A stretch of 63,997 nt of DNA, counting the filler, from Collodictyon triciliatum (taxonomy: Eukaryota), in NCBI GenBank assembly GCA_043381765.1. It is 5 parts of 5 records of this genome, joined end to end, with 100 filler letters (N's around TTAATTAATTAA, not from the genome) between each part and the next. Parts side by side here need not be neighbours in the genome. Positions count along the whole stretch, not along the records: positions 1 to 12,819 come from JBHJMP010002098.1; positions 12,920 to 25,708 come from JBHJMP010002099.1; 3 more parts are not named here. One strand, written 5' to 3'. The notes under the pieces were generated by a model, which worked only from the letters and a program-made list of their open reading frames with translations, was not told where the DNA came from and did no database searches. Shown piece by piece: positions 1 through 23,500 of this stretch; positions within the stretch are counted from its first letter, which is position 1; every line of letters begins with the position of its first letter. The translations under genes and the position numbers were made by a program.

Positions 1-15
1 AACAACACCAACACC

Positions 16-95
<80 letters not shown>
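1..95. repeat. (AAC)n microsatellite, in an ADAT1 intron
   Basis: Direct reading. Confidence 0.95.
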
Positions 96-116
96 AAGCA
101 ATAAAAACACAAAAAC

Positions 117-1763
117 CTGCAAGATAACGAAGAACACTTTTCTCCACGACCAGGCTTTGTTCTCAGAATACCTACTGAATGATATTCGGTCCCTGGGACG
201 AGCTGTTGTGTACATGTGTAACCATTTTGATTCATATAATATTTGTATTCCAATATGTTTGGCAGTTAAGAAAAATAGAAATTCAGTTGAGATAGCAAAT
301 TATATTATTATTATTATTATTTATTTATTTTTAGAGAAAAAAGCAAGCATGGAGTAAAATTAATTCATAGTTTTGGTACAGGGTCAGTTTCTAAGGGGGA
401 TGCTGGTTTAGCTCCTGTCCTATGGACATCTTTTTCACTCTTATGCCTTTTTCTTTGAGAGGATTCTACTGGCTCCTGTTTAATTATGATAGCCGAAGAA
501 TTAAAACATCTGGCTAATGATATTGCTCGAAATATAACAGAGTCTTGGTTTGACAAGGAGTATTTTTTGTGGGTGTTATTGCCAGCAAATCAAATCAAAT
601 CAAATCAAATCAAATCAAATCATAATAATAATAAATAATAAATAATAAATAATAAATAATAAATAATAATAAATAATAATAAATAATAATAAATAATAAT
701 AAATAATAATAAATAATAATAAATAATAATAAATAATAATAAATAATAATAATAATATCAAACATGACACATGTGATAATCGGGTGCAGTATTATATAAT
801 GATTTGAATTGAGGCGATAATATAAATAAGGAATACTGATTGAACTTCGCCAGAGAGTAGTTCGGTTCCATCTGTTGGAAGAGAAAATATCGACGCGTCT
901 CCACCTTATTTTTAATATGTGCGTTTTTTTTTAGGAGATGAAAGAGTCCATCATCTTATTTTACACGAATGCTTCTAGTCTTACATGGAGTTTGGCTGAT
1001 GATGAGCTCAACATTTACCCGGTGCCTTAACATGAGCTTCTTTGTTTCTTCTTGAAGCATCAAAATGTATGAAAATACAACGAAGTAGAGGAAGATATAT
1101 ATATTTATGTTGATGGACACGCGGACTAAATTGATTTAAGGGACTGAAGACTACGAATAAGCTGAGAAAGAGAAAGAGAAAAACCACACACCATTTAGAA
1201 TAAAAAAAGGAGACTCTGCCCCTCGGGTGATGCTATCGTGCTCAGTATACAAAAACCTAGACTTTCGACGCAACCATAATGAGAAATACCAAACAATATA
1301 TACATCAGACATCTGTATATTATAAGGGTTTATGTATTACAGGAGAATTATTTCAATCCGAGGCGAAACAAAAGTACTGATATTAGCAAAGAGCGGGTTA
1401 GAGGAGAAAAATCAAGAGCGAATAAATTAGAATAAACCCGATAAAAAAAAAAGAAGAATAAATAAGCAGGGAACAAAGAGGCGAGATAAAAAAAAAAGGT
1501 TTTTACTTTTTAAACGCTCTTCTGGCGAGAACCTCTGCATGAGTGTCACCCACCACAGCGCCACTTTCATCCCGAGCTGCGTCCGGTACACACTTTGTCC
1601 CTGTTCCAAGTGCGACCACAACTCGTTTCGGGTCACCCAAACTTGCGTCCGAGCGCAGTGCAAATCCTGCAATCAAAGTCCACTCGTGCGCAGCACACTT
1701 ACCGGCGGTGCGGAGTGATTCATATGCCGCAAAGAGCACCCGCGCGCAGTCTGCTGAGGCCAT
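117..1763 (-). CDS. ADAT1: tRNA-specific adenosine deaminase 1 (ADAT1/Tad1), multi-exon, 3' end runs off the window
   Basis: Spliced exons give VALGTGTKC...GDTHAEVLARRAF (HAE zinc motif), IISQTPCGDASIF, HRTGAKP and LRTKPGRGEKCSSLSCS, all hallmarks of the ADAT1/ADAR deaminase domain. No dsRNA-binding domain precedes it, favouring ADAT1 over ADAR. Introns are GT-AG. Confidence 0.9.
587..755. repeat. (CAAAT)n followed by (AATAATAAAT)n, intronic
   Basis: Direct reading. Confidence 0.95.
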
Positions 1764-1990
1764 CGTGGCTGCTGCCTGCAGAGTATTTTCTTATCACTTG
1801 TATGACTGGTTGTTCATAGGCTTATTTTATTTTTATTTTATTTTATTTTTATTTTTGATTGTGTGTATTGTTATCCTTCGTCTGTCGCTCAAGGCGAATG
1901 TGCTGGAGGGCTGTGCTATATTCTCATGGCAAAAAGTAGCAATGCGGAGGGAAATATCATTAGAAGGTTAATTCCGCAGGCGTCTTCCAC

Positions 1991-2391
1991 AAAAAAACAA
2001 AAACAAAAACAAAAACAAAAAAAAAAAAAAAAAACAAAAACAAAAAAACAAAACAACAAAAACAAAAAACAAAACAACAACAACACAACAAAAAACAACA
2101 CAAAAACAAAACAACAAACAAAAACAAACAACAAAACAACAACAAAAAAAACAACAAAAAACAACAACAAAAACAAAAAACAAACAACAAAAACAAAAAA
2201 CAAAAAACAAAAAACAAAAAACAAAAAACAAAAACANNNNNNNNNNNNNNNNNNNNNNNNNNNNNNNNNNNNNNNNNNNNNNNAAAAAACAAAACAACAA
2301 AACAAACACAACAACAAAAAACAAAACAACAAAAAACAAAACAACAAAAAACAAAAACAAACAAAAAACAAAACAAAAAAAAAAAACAAAT
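1991..2391. repeat. A/C low-complexity tract with an internal N gap, between CEP135 and ADAT1
   Basis: Direct reading. It generates the spurious K/Q/N/T and F/V/C ORFs in the track. Confidence 0.9.
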
Positions 2392-2609
2392 GAAAAACAA
2401 CACATCTTTCACTCTGCCATGGCCTTTGTTGTCTGGGCAGTGGTTTTTATCGCTCTGTGTGGAAGTCTGCTTCATCTTCCTTGGCTTGAAACGATATTTA
2501 CAAAAAAAAAAAAACAAAACAAAAGCAAAACAAAAATATAATAAAGCAAAATCTTTGAAAAAATCCCAGAATCCGAATCGTTGGTCCTGGTGAAGCCACT
2601 CTCAGGTGT

Positions 2610-12527
<9,918 letters not shown>

Positions 12528-12683
12528 CTGCGCAGACTCGTTTGGCCGGGTCGGTGGTTCGATCGCTTCGTGCTCTTGGCTTGGGTGTGGAGAGGGCTGT
12601 TCAGATCGACAGGGCTTGTGTCAGGGCTAGATATTGTGCAAAATATATGCCCATGTATGTATTAATCAGTGTTATTTTGAATG

Positions 12684-12819
12684 TTTTTGTTTTTTGTGTG
12701 TTTTTTGTGTGTTTTTGTGTGTTTTTGTGTGTTTTTGTGTGTTTTTGTGTGTTTTTGTGTGTTTTTGTGTGTTTTTGTGTGTTTTTGTGTGTTTTTGTGT
12801 GTTTTTGTGTGTTTTTGTG
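12684..12819. repeat. (GTTTTTGTGT)n decamer at scaffold end
   Basis: Direct reading. Confidence 0.95.
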
Positions 12820-12919
12820 NNNNNNNNNNNNNNNNNNNNNNNNNNNNNNNNNNNNNNNNNNNNTTAATTAATTAANNNNNNNNNNNNNNNNNNNNNNNNN
12901 NNNNNNNNNNNNNNNNNNN
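12820..12919. other. Artificial scaffold spacer (N44-TTAATTAATTAA-N44)
   Basis: Exactly 100 nt, with a six-frame-stop 12-mer at 12864-12875. Confidence 0.97.
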
Positions 12920-15900
12920 TGAAAAGGAAATTTAAAATATGGTTTCATACTTGGAGATTTCACATCGATGACGACGACCGGTACTGTCTGCGTTTCGTCG
13001 ATTATAGGAGTACTGTACATACACATGATGTAAACATCGCTTCCTGTGGATGCCGATGTTGAGTAGAGGCAGCTGGGGAGCGATGGCGAGATGTTCTCCC
13101 AATTTCCTGTGGGTACATCTACAGCTATTTATAATCAATCAATTCATTTTGAAACTGCAATATTGTCAAACATTTTTATTTACTTTTCCTTTATACGATT
13201 CAAAGTAAAGCATATCTCGAGTTAAATACGTTTATGTATATAAAAACCTATGTGCACCATCTGTGACTCCGTTTCTGTTTTGTTGATGCAATAGTGCTAT
13301 ATTTACGAAAATGAAAAACTCGTCCATCTGTACGAAATATGACCAATGACGAGAAAATCATCTGATAAGTTAAAATAAACCTTATTGATGTCGTTCTGGT
13401 AAAACCCTTCCTCACACGGAAAGCACTCTCCACTTGGTGTAATGTACTTGTTTATCTGGCAGACGCATAATAGGCTCACAATATCGAATCCATTTGGACA
13501 GACTAAAAATAATTGAATTTTTTTGATAAATGAGCTTTCGTGTTGAATTTAAACCCCCTCTTTGCTTATTATAACCCCCAAAGAGACTTCGAATCAGAAT
13601 AACATACAGATAGAGTTGAGCGAGAATCCTCCTCTTGAGACCAACTGCCTTGATGTATGGAATGTTATGAGAAACGATGAACCAGGTATCTTGACCCACA
13701 CACCAGGACCCAGAGATGACAGTTTTACCTTGTTAACAAAAAATAAAAATAAAAGCATGTTAATACAATAATCAATAGAGTCAGGATATGAATGAATTGA
13801 TGTTTCGATTTTTTCAAATACATACATCGACGCCGCTATCGACTTCATTCACATATACGCTTTGGTCTCCACACTTATTCAGTGACTCGACATCCACGAC
13901 AGAAAAAATATCCGTATCCATCGCGGATATCTAATGATTACGAGCGTTCAACTCTTTTGTTTGCATACTAAATGATTTACATCGCATACAGTGCTTTTTC
14001 AAAAAAAAGTTCACGTACCACTAGGTTGTTTGTGTTTGAGACCCTCCACGAACATTCTGTAAAAGGCATATATCCAAACGAACCACTGCCGTCGGTTATG
14101 CTTTGTACTCCATCTCTAGCATCAATAGCCACTTCTCCGTAGCAGAACATTTTGCCTGTAATATTGGAATGAAAACACGTATGAAATATCATTCCATTAT
14201 TTTAATACAGAAGACATGAAACGTTAACAAGGTAATCAAATCCTATTTGAGACCTTACACAAAAATCATCCATCTACTATCGATATTTTCTTCAAAAGAG
14301 CTTACCCATGTCATATCCAAATATACGTGGGTCATCCGACTTTTCATTTTCAGCTCCAATTACAACAATCCATTTGTTTAAGGTGATTGTTCTGTGCATT
14401 TTGAATGGAGGAGGGCGATTCTGGGCAGTCTCTCTCATACCCCACATTCCTGCATCTACATTTTATACAAAAAAAAATTAATATGTTAAAGTTTAAGCTT
14501 CAAAAATTAGATCACTTTCAGATTGTTGACCGAATGGAAATAATTCAATCAAAATATTGTTGAAAATACCATAGTTGTAAATCCATATGTTTGGTGAAAA
14601 CGTGTTTGTCAAGTCCTCGCCTCCAATGAGCAGGCCAGCTCCAACATCGATGAAGGACGAGTACAAATAGCTTTCTATGTTCATATCTGAATTCTCGAGC
14701 TGATTCCATGTTTGAAGGCCTATGAGAGAAATATTGACAGTTGAGCGCATCTTCTCAAAATAATTCGAGATTATTTTAATTGAACTAAGGCATGAAAATT
14801 AAAAAAAAACTCGCCTTTGTTGAAGCACCAGATGTCCATTATTGGATTATAATCAACATCCATTCCTCCTTGAATACAGAATTTTCCGTTATGAACAAAT
14901 CCAGATGCTTGAATCCTTGTCTGCATTCCCGGATATCCGTCATAGAGCTCAGCAGTATTCGTTTCCATACCGTAGTATATTAATGTCGTTTCGTTAACAG
15001 ACCCTTCGTATCCAGAGACATAAATTCCTCCCCAAAATATAATTGTGGAATCAATGGTGTATGTAGCTTGCTGTGTCATGAAACCAAGGTGAGAAACACT
15101 TGGGTCGATTTCAAGCCATTCCCATGTATCGGAACCTTTTTATGTAGAGAATTAACAGCTGTATTTAACACTCAAATCTAAACACAAAATTGGCAAATCA
15201 ATATAGCAGAAATATTATTTGTATATGATTCACGTACTAAGGTGATAACGAAAGGTAATTCCATCGGGATAAAACTCTAGCCCTTCTCCTCCGATGACAA
15301 AGAGAGTCTCGTTATGATATGATAGAGTCTGTATTTTTTTCAATTTGATTTTATTTTCATTAATAAATGAGAAAATATTAAGCGGAATTCTTGTTACAAA
15401 ACCTCCTCCTTTCAAATGAATGAAGGACAAATATTATCGAAAAAAATAAATCTGTAAATTATATAATTGGCGTTCGAGTATGTCTGCTCACAGAAAAGGC
15501 AGCAGGAGGAGCATAATCCTTGGGGCTAGAAGGGTCATACATTTTCTGTTCGAACAGACGAATCCACTTCTTCGAGCCTATAAATTTTTTTCTGGTCAAA
15601 AGGCTTTTTTCCTGTGAAAGTAATTTGCAAATATCTGTTGTATTTTTATTTCTTTAAATTTTTAATAACATACTTAATGTAAAAATCCACAAATCGTTCA
15701 TGGAGAATACATTGAAACACTGAGTGACCCCTCCATAGAATGCGAAACTGTCTTCTGATAGCTTCATAACAGACGGATACTGGCGCGATATGGGGTAAAA
15801 TCCAATTGAGGAAGTATCCCACACTTGAGTTACTGTTTTTTTTTAAAAAAAAAGTGATAAATAATTGAGCTTATGGTTTTAACTACTACTTTGATGCATT

Positions 15901-18262
15901 TAAGAGACATAATTCAATATCTAATCAAATACATAACCTCGCTACACTTTGAATCGAATAAAGGAAAAAAATATCTAATCAAATACATTCATATATTGTA
16001 AAATCTTCACATTCAACAGCATGTGATCGCCTTCATTATTCTGCCTTAAAAATATAGAATGCAAACCTCCATTGAATGTCCAGATTGAATCATCCGCACA
16101 AGTAGCTTCACCGCCCAACAGAATCAAGTGGTCGCCGAGCTTTGATGCAAAAGTGAAGGAACGAGGCATCGGGCATGTTGCATCGTAAGGGTAGGTTTCA
16201 ATTTCACTTGTGTAGTTCTTGAAGTAAACGATGGATTTTTGTACTGTGTTTATTATTTAATATGGTTATTTATAAGGTGACTGAAATTTGTATTCATAGA
16301 TTAAGTGATATATTGCGGCAGGGAATTGTTCGTTTTCATAATAATATGTATTTCAAAAAAACCAATCAAGTGTCTCACCAACGTCTATTCCGACCATAGT
16401 GGGTTGGGCTGTTTGGTCCATGAAGTTGTGAATTCCGTGCAAAAAATATAAGACATCACCGACCAGCGCATAAGCGGACGTATACGCTCCAGGTAAGTAA
16501 CGAGGTAGTGAATAGTCCAAGTCGTACTTTGTCCAAATCAAGGTATCTGATAGTGTTGAATCGAGAACAATTAGTAAAGCTCATGTTAAGAAACCCCCAG
16601 AATCGAAAAGGCCTCGAGAGTATACAACGCAAAAAAAGAAAAAGACTGATAAATTAAAAAATCTGACTAAAATGTTTTATTGGGGAAAACTATGTATACC
16701 AAAGTTAAATCCCCAGAAATCATATGTGACGTAATTATATGTGCCGTCTCCACCCATCCCGCTGTAAGTGTAAAGTGTTCTATCGTGAATGGCGAATATT
16801 GAGTAACATTCGAGTGGGGTGTCTTGAGACTTGTAACCAACACGCTGCCATCCTTTATCTATTGACGGGTTAAAAAATAAGCCTTGTATTGAGCGAAAAA
16901 TAATTAGATACGATGTCAGACTCCCAATACCACTGCGCATTCAATTAAAATTATTCATTTTTCAAAAAAAATTGAGCGAACTGAAATATATTTTTAATAC
17001 AAAGAGAACGAATTTGAATGAAGATGAAATTACCTGGTATATATTTCCACATATCATTTGAACTCTCAACTGAACCGAGGCCACTGTATACATGGAAGAA
17101 CCCATCCCATTCAAAACATAAAGGAAAACGGCGAGCAGAGGGCCAGGCTGATGAGGAGCGGGCAAATCTCTTCCATCTATAGCGGAACACATCAAGGGCA
17201 TAAAAGTCATCCATATATGCGTCGGTGATTCCGCCGAACAGGTAAATCTGGCATTTTTAGATGTCAAACACCATTAGTAACAATATGCTATTTTATCTAG
17301 AGAAAAGCAAAAAAGTCACAAATCATTTCTTATTCTTTTAAACCTTTATTTTTCGAATAGGTGGATAGAAGTAGTTTTGTTCATTTATCTTTTGAAAGTG
17401 CTTGTATGGTTACATTTTGCGTAATTTATTTTCATGACCTATACTCGTGATTTGAAAAGAAAAGGAATAAAGTCTAACCGTGTCTCCAACGGCGGCAGTG
17501 CAGTAGTCATCACGAACCAGGGGAGCGTCTCCAGCAATCCACTGCAGGTCCCACTCGAACGTTGCTGAGTTGTAATATTTTGCAATTTAATAAGAGTTGC
17601 TTCCAGTATTTCTCACCAAGGCTTTCTATTTTTACATGATGACATAAATGCTCTACAATTATTGCCAGAATTTGATTCAATATTGCTTTATTTTAATAGA
17701 ATTGTTCTTTTTCCACAAAACATGTGTGTGGTACATATAGCTACTTAAGATATAGCGATACTTTGAACTTCTTACATCCTTCAGACATTTCTTTTGCTGA
17801 TCAGCTTGATATCATGTCAAATACTTACTTAAATTACGAAGAATGTATGTCCTGTCCATGATGCGAACGTCTTGGTCCCAGTCATTGATATATCTGAAAA
17901 ATAAATGAAGGAAATAAATGAGAAAAGGACATAAGAATGGTTCACTTGCCTGCGTACTGGCTACTTATATGTATATGTGTGTGAATAATATATGAGACAA
18001 TCATCTAGATGAATGTTGGAATGTTTTTTTTTTTTTTAAATTGTGGAGGGAAAATGGCCTACCTTTCAGGAAACAGGTAGACCGAGTTGTTGTAGACAGT
18101 GTTTCCACGAGTTGCAAAGCCGGGCGGGTAGTTTGTCAGGATGGACCACTGGTTGATTTGCGAATCAACAACCTGGCTGGAAAAGCCAAATACATGTGGG
18201 AGTGCGAGAAGAAGCACCAGATAAGCACCCTGTCCGAAGGCGGCGGGTGGCGTGGACCGCAT
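12920..18262 (-). CDS. Secreted or cell-surface Kelch-repeat + CUB + Cys-rich (GCC2/GCC3-like) protein, paralog 1; C-terminus truncated by scaffold end
   Basis: Signal-like MRSTPPAAFGQGAYLVLLLALPHVFG. Many kelch exons (LILLGGE, LFVIGGE, IIFWGGIY, FCIQGGMD, W...PSARRF). CUB-like CYGEVAIDARDGVQSITDGSGSFGYMPFTECSW...LITFHTS..GGFSL. Then CFPCEEGFYQNDINKHYC, then a further kelch-like exon. Confidence 0.78.
13184..13211 (-). mobile_element. Degenerate family-1 retroposon tail
   Basis: Minus strand reads gctttactttgaatcgtataaaggaaaa. The TSD is not clear. Confidence 0.5.
15916..15988 (+). mobile_element. Ultra-short retroposon tail, family 1, with perfect 19-bp TSD
   Basis: aatatctaatcaaatacat [aacctcgctacactttgaatcgaataaaggaaaaa] aatatctaatcaaatacat. 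Confidence 0.85.
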
Positions 18263-20518
18263 TCTCGACGGGAGGGGAAAAGTCGCGGTGCGGAATAGTC
18301 TCAAGCTGCTTGCCTCTGGAGAGTAGTCTTGCTGCCTGGTCTTGCCGAGCGGGGACGGTCACCAGGCGAGTTTGCAAGTGCGAGCAGAGGAGAAAGGTTT
18401 GCGCTGATGTGGGATAAAGGGTCGAGCTTCTTGCTGGCTGGTAAGGAGAGAGGGCAGAAAGTGGGGTTGGGGATTTGTCGAGAAGCGCCCAGGGTGGCGA
18501 ATAGTCGCTGTTCACACGAGCCAGCGAGAATTATCCCCAAAGACAGATCGCCGCTGCGAGGGTTTGGTGTGGTGAGATTCTCAAGGCCACAATTTTCCCG
18601 ATCAAATTATGCTTGTTTGGCGTGCAGCTTTTTGTTGGCCTGCTTTGTCTTAATGTGGATTGGGTTGCGATTTTCCGCTGTTCTTTCTTTATCCAACACA
18701 CGCAAGAAAAGTTTGCTTGTTTGTTTGACATGTTGGTTGCTTGTTTGTTTGGCATGTTGGTTGGTTGATTGATTGGTTGATTGATTGATTGATTGATTCT
18801 TTTGTTTTGTTTAACTTTCTTTCGCTTTTTTTTTTTCACCGGGCGGTCTGGCTGAAAACGGCAATGAGAAATTTTCGTTATAATTCTATCACTGGAAATT
18901 ATCGATGAAGTGATGCAATCCTGGTGCATTCTCTGTACTATTTCCTAAATAAAATATGACGCCACCGCTTTCGACGGCATGAACATTCACATAAAATAAC
19001 ATTATTTGGATAAATATCTGTACAAGGTTCAAATTTGGATACATGAATTGAAATTTGACCACATTTGTAACTGAAATAAGTATTTGTGGAAATTATATTC
19101 TTGAAGGTCATTTTCCCTCTGGTTACACTGTATTGTCTTAGCAAGTGCATAAATAATTCGCTATAAACAGATATTATAATAGGCCAAGGGCTATCATATA
19201 TGCAAGGGCGGCTTTTTCGCCTTTCTATTACATTACCACAGCATCAGCTGTTTTCTGATTTGCGCAATAGCTCGGGTTATAGTGCCCCCAGATATTGTTT
19301 TTTTTTCTCGTTCCAGTTTGTAATATTCCTTTCTCACTTGCCGTATGCGCTCCTTTTGCTTTTGCTTTCCACCTCCACAAAGACTTTCGAGGCAAGGAGC
19401 CAGCAATACCCACGCGCCCTTCCCTGGGGCCTTTGGTTGAAGAGCTTCCTAATGAATCAACCAACTTTAACTGGCCATTACGGCATCACGACGCTCTGCG
19501 ATACGCTCGATGAAACTGAGGAGGGAAAAGAAAACCAATACGCAAATGATGTAATGTACACATGGCGTTTGGGTATTTACGGTCTCCATTATCCATTAGG
19601 ATGGAAGGTATCTTCATAGCGGGAAAACAGCGACCGATTAGATATCTGGGATTGATGCTTGCCTTCGATATCTGCAGCTAGCAGACAAACGGCGTGTGGC
19701 GCGCAGAGAAAGCATCGAACAAACGGATGAACGAGATGCAGAACACAAACATTCCAGAATCCGCTCTTTGATGACTCGTGAGAAAGCGCATGTGTCTTTT
19801 TTATGAGTCTTATCTGCACATTTATGTCCCTTTCGCGCCACCTTCGCCCGCTCCTTCATCCCTTGTTGTTTTATTTTACTTTTGGTCTGTGCCTCCGAAA
19901 ATTCGTGAATGGTTGGGAAATGTCACTTTGGTGGAATGATCGGTGCGAATGACTGAGGAGGGTGCCTTGTGATCGCTGAGGTTGGTAGTGCCTCATACCA
20001 GAGCCGATGCGAGAGACAATAGCCGCCTCCCTCCCTCTTTTTCTTATCAGATGGCTTTTATCCCAACTCTTGTCTTGATCTTTTTATTCACTAAATATTT
20101 GCTTTAAATGCGCCTCTTTTGTTTTTTGTTTATTATTTTTTGTTTTGTTTTATTTTATTGCTGGCCTATTCATTTTTGTTGCTATATTCGATTTTGCTGG
20201 CCTAATCATATTGATGGGTTGGGCTTCACATATGCCACAATTTTGCTTTCTTTCCTTGATCACACTAAGTCACTGATACTTACTTGCGAGCTCAAAGTCG
20301 GGCGACTATCTGTGCTGAAGGGAGGGGTGTGACAGAGCAGAGATGAGCAGATAACTGAAGCGAGAAAAAAAAAAAGGGTCTTAAGTCGGCTTGTGCGACA
20401 ATTATAAAAGTTTTTCACTCCCTCTTTACAACTAGGGTAACATACAGCCTCTGTCAGGACAAACACTTTCCCGCTAGAAGACAGTTGGCGCTCTTATTTT
20501 TTTCTTGGATTTGCGTTG

Positions 20519-23500
20519 ATGTCTCGCCCAGCGAAAAAAGATAAAGACCCTGGGTCGCCGAGTCGCAGGGAATTGCATTTGTCCGAAAGAGATTTCGACT
20601 TTCGAGAGGTCAGACCTTAACAAAAACGCTTGAATTTTCTATCATTCGTCGTTGTGTATCACAGTATTCACCTCACGGTTTCGGCCTTTTTGTTTTTGTT
20701 TTTGTTTTTGTTTTTGTTTTTGTTTTTGTTTTTGTTTTTGTTTTTGTTTTTGTTTTTGTTTTTGTTTTTGTTTGTTTGTTTGTTTGTTTGTTTGTTTGTT
20801 TGTTTGTTTGTTTGTTTGTTTTTGTTTGTTTGTTTACTTTTGTTTTTCAAGCGTATAGCTTGCGCTATCTCGTCTTGTTTAAGATACTCGATGTTTTGCT
20901 TGATTTCAAATGACATCACTTGCTCCAACTAAGTAATAAACACATGTTTTCTTGCCATAATACCTAGACCATTACACACGGGATTCCTCCAGGTCTTAAA
21001 TGCATGGCTTTTGACCCCATTCAAGGGCTCTTGGCTGTGGGGACGATCACAGGCGATGTAGTTATGTAAGTGAACAGATCATAAAAGTCTATTAATATCA
21101 AGATAGAGAAGAAATAAGGTTTTATTTACATAGGTCTATATAAAAAGCGATACTATTAATTAGTTATGCATTATTATTGCTATTATTTTATTTTTACTAT
21201 TGAGATTAGCCAAGAATTCATTGTTATTATTCAGATCAAACTTTCAAGAATACCCTTTATAAAATGACATTGTTAGTGTCATATTGTAGTTAATTTTCTA
21301 TTTTAACTCCTCGGGACATCACGCAGATATGGCAGACCTTCTGTTGACCGTAGATTTTCACTTTATGATGCCTCAGTAAATTTCGTGTTCTTTATGGTAA
21401 ATGAGGTATTCTCTCATTTCTTAGATACCCTTATTTCCTTCATACACAACCAAATGCAAAATTCACAAAATCTGAATATCTGTGAAGTTTGCCTTCTGCC
21501 ACGGCTTTATAGCATCTTTATTATTTCTGAATTACATCCTGATGAGACCCAATATCACAATTTTTTCTGTCTTTTCTAGACTTTTTTTCATCTTATTTTA
21601 TGAATTCATTTTCTTCTCTCTGACTAGGGGTATCTCATCGCATTAACTGAAGGGAAGCAAGTATGGATCTTAGGGCTACATGAAAAGCCTATCAAGGAAT
21701 CATTTTCGTCAGGAACCGGGTACCTGATATGTTTTTTTTTCTTTCGCTTATCAATTACTCATTCACTATGTTTTGCCTCAAGATACTTATTAAAATGCTG
21801 TTGGACTGATTTTTTTTCTTGGAACCCAAAATTATCTATCATATATAGAAAAATAACATCTTTCTATCATCCAACGGGCACATCGTACGTATTCCTGGGC
21901 GACAACACAGGTCTGCTTAGCGTTGCAGATTTGAAGGAGAGGCAGATTACAAAGTACAAGCTGAAGATCACTGAAGTCCTAGGGTTCGTCATGATTTGCT
22001 TTGCTTTCTCGTTATGTTTAGATGTCTCAATAATATACCCACTGATAGGTCTAAATACGTTTATATTTCCTTCTTGCCCTCGAATCCAAAAGCAAACGAT
22101 TATTTCACCTATAGTCAAAATCCTGCGGGAGATGTCAGCTTGATTGCGATTCACGTGCATCCAGATGAAGAAAATAAGATTCTGCTGGGGTACGCAACCG
22201 GCCATATAGCCCTTTGGGATATAAAAACAAAGTCCTTGATCAAGACCTACGGTGCTGGCATACCTGTATGTCTGTGATACTACGCATATTTAGATATTTT
22301 GAGACATTTAGCAAAAATAGAATCATATGGTTGAATGATCCCCTAATGATGAATTTTGATAACAGAAGCTTACATGTTTGTGTTGGCACCGGTTGGGAAA
22401 ACAAGTAAATACCATTTCTCATCGCCCGTTGTAAAGATATTTGAAAAAATTAGCAAAGTTCCTGGATTAAATAATACCTTTTCACGCAATTTTTTTTTGC
22501 TTTTTTTTTTTAAAAAAAAATAATGGCAATAAAAGTAATAATGAAACTAATAACAATATAATTCATCGATTTACAGTTCGTGTCTGGGTATGAAAACGGA
22601 GAAGTGATTATGTGGAATATAAAGGGAGATATTTCAGGGCGATTTCTTCGTTTGTTCAAACCCATTGCCCTTTATTCGTTTTACATATTACCATCAAACT
22701 GGTGTTTATATTGATATATTCCTGCTTCTTGATATGTAAAAGAAAACACACGTAATACATATGTTTTCCATCGATATCAAATAGTGTTAAAATCTATGCA
22801 ATATTGCTTAGCCCTGCTGCACTTTGAACCGAATAAAGGGGAAAATTTATGCAATTTTTATCATTATAGAAACCGGGGGGCCAAGAGAAATCAAAAGACA
22901 TCCAGTTCGGAAGATCATTTGGAACAGCTATACGATCGGAGAAAGAAGTGTCATCCACGTGATTGGCGGATGCCGTGTTGGCGTAGACCCAGAAGTAGCG
23001 TCACAATATTCTCCACCGCGTTATGAAATATCTTCCAAAGAATAATTATCCTCATCCTATGCTCTTGAGATGAACTTATTCTGTTGGTGGAATGATCATC
23101 GATTAATGAGAGAGTACCTATTCGTATATATGCAGGGTTCCATTATGTACCTCTCGGGACCAACATACCAAGAAAGTCAATATGTGCACATAGGTAATAT
23201 TTACCTGCTTTTGCTCAGATTCCAGCGTTGCGACTTACCATAGTGGCATGTAGGTTCCTGCCACGACATGATCACTACATCATCAAATCCTTGGGCGACT
23301 GGTATTTTTTTTATTGCTTTTTTTACTCTCTGTAAAACTGCGTTAATTCCAAATATGACTATAATGCTTTTTTAATTAGAATGATATTATCACACATTTG
23401 ATAATTTTTTTATATAAAAGAAATGAAAAGGAAATGAACGACATATTATTGCAAATAGGGGCTGACGATTCACCCGTTTTAATTGCTTTGCCGACAGAAG

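Noticed and set aside
1863-2517. Long K/Q/N/T-rich and F/V/C-rich ORFs (also at 9777-10037, 12634-12875, 20630-20932, 47162-47566)
   Set aside because: Translations of microsatellites and N gaps in introns or intergenic DNA.
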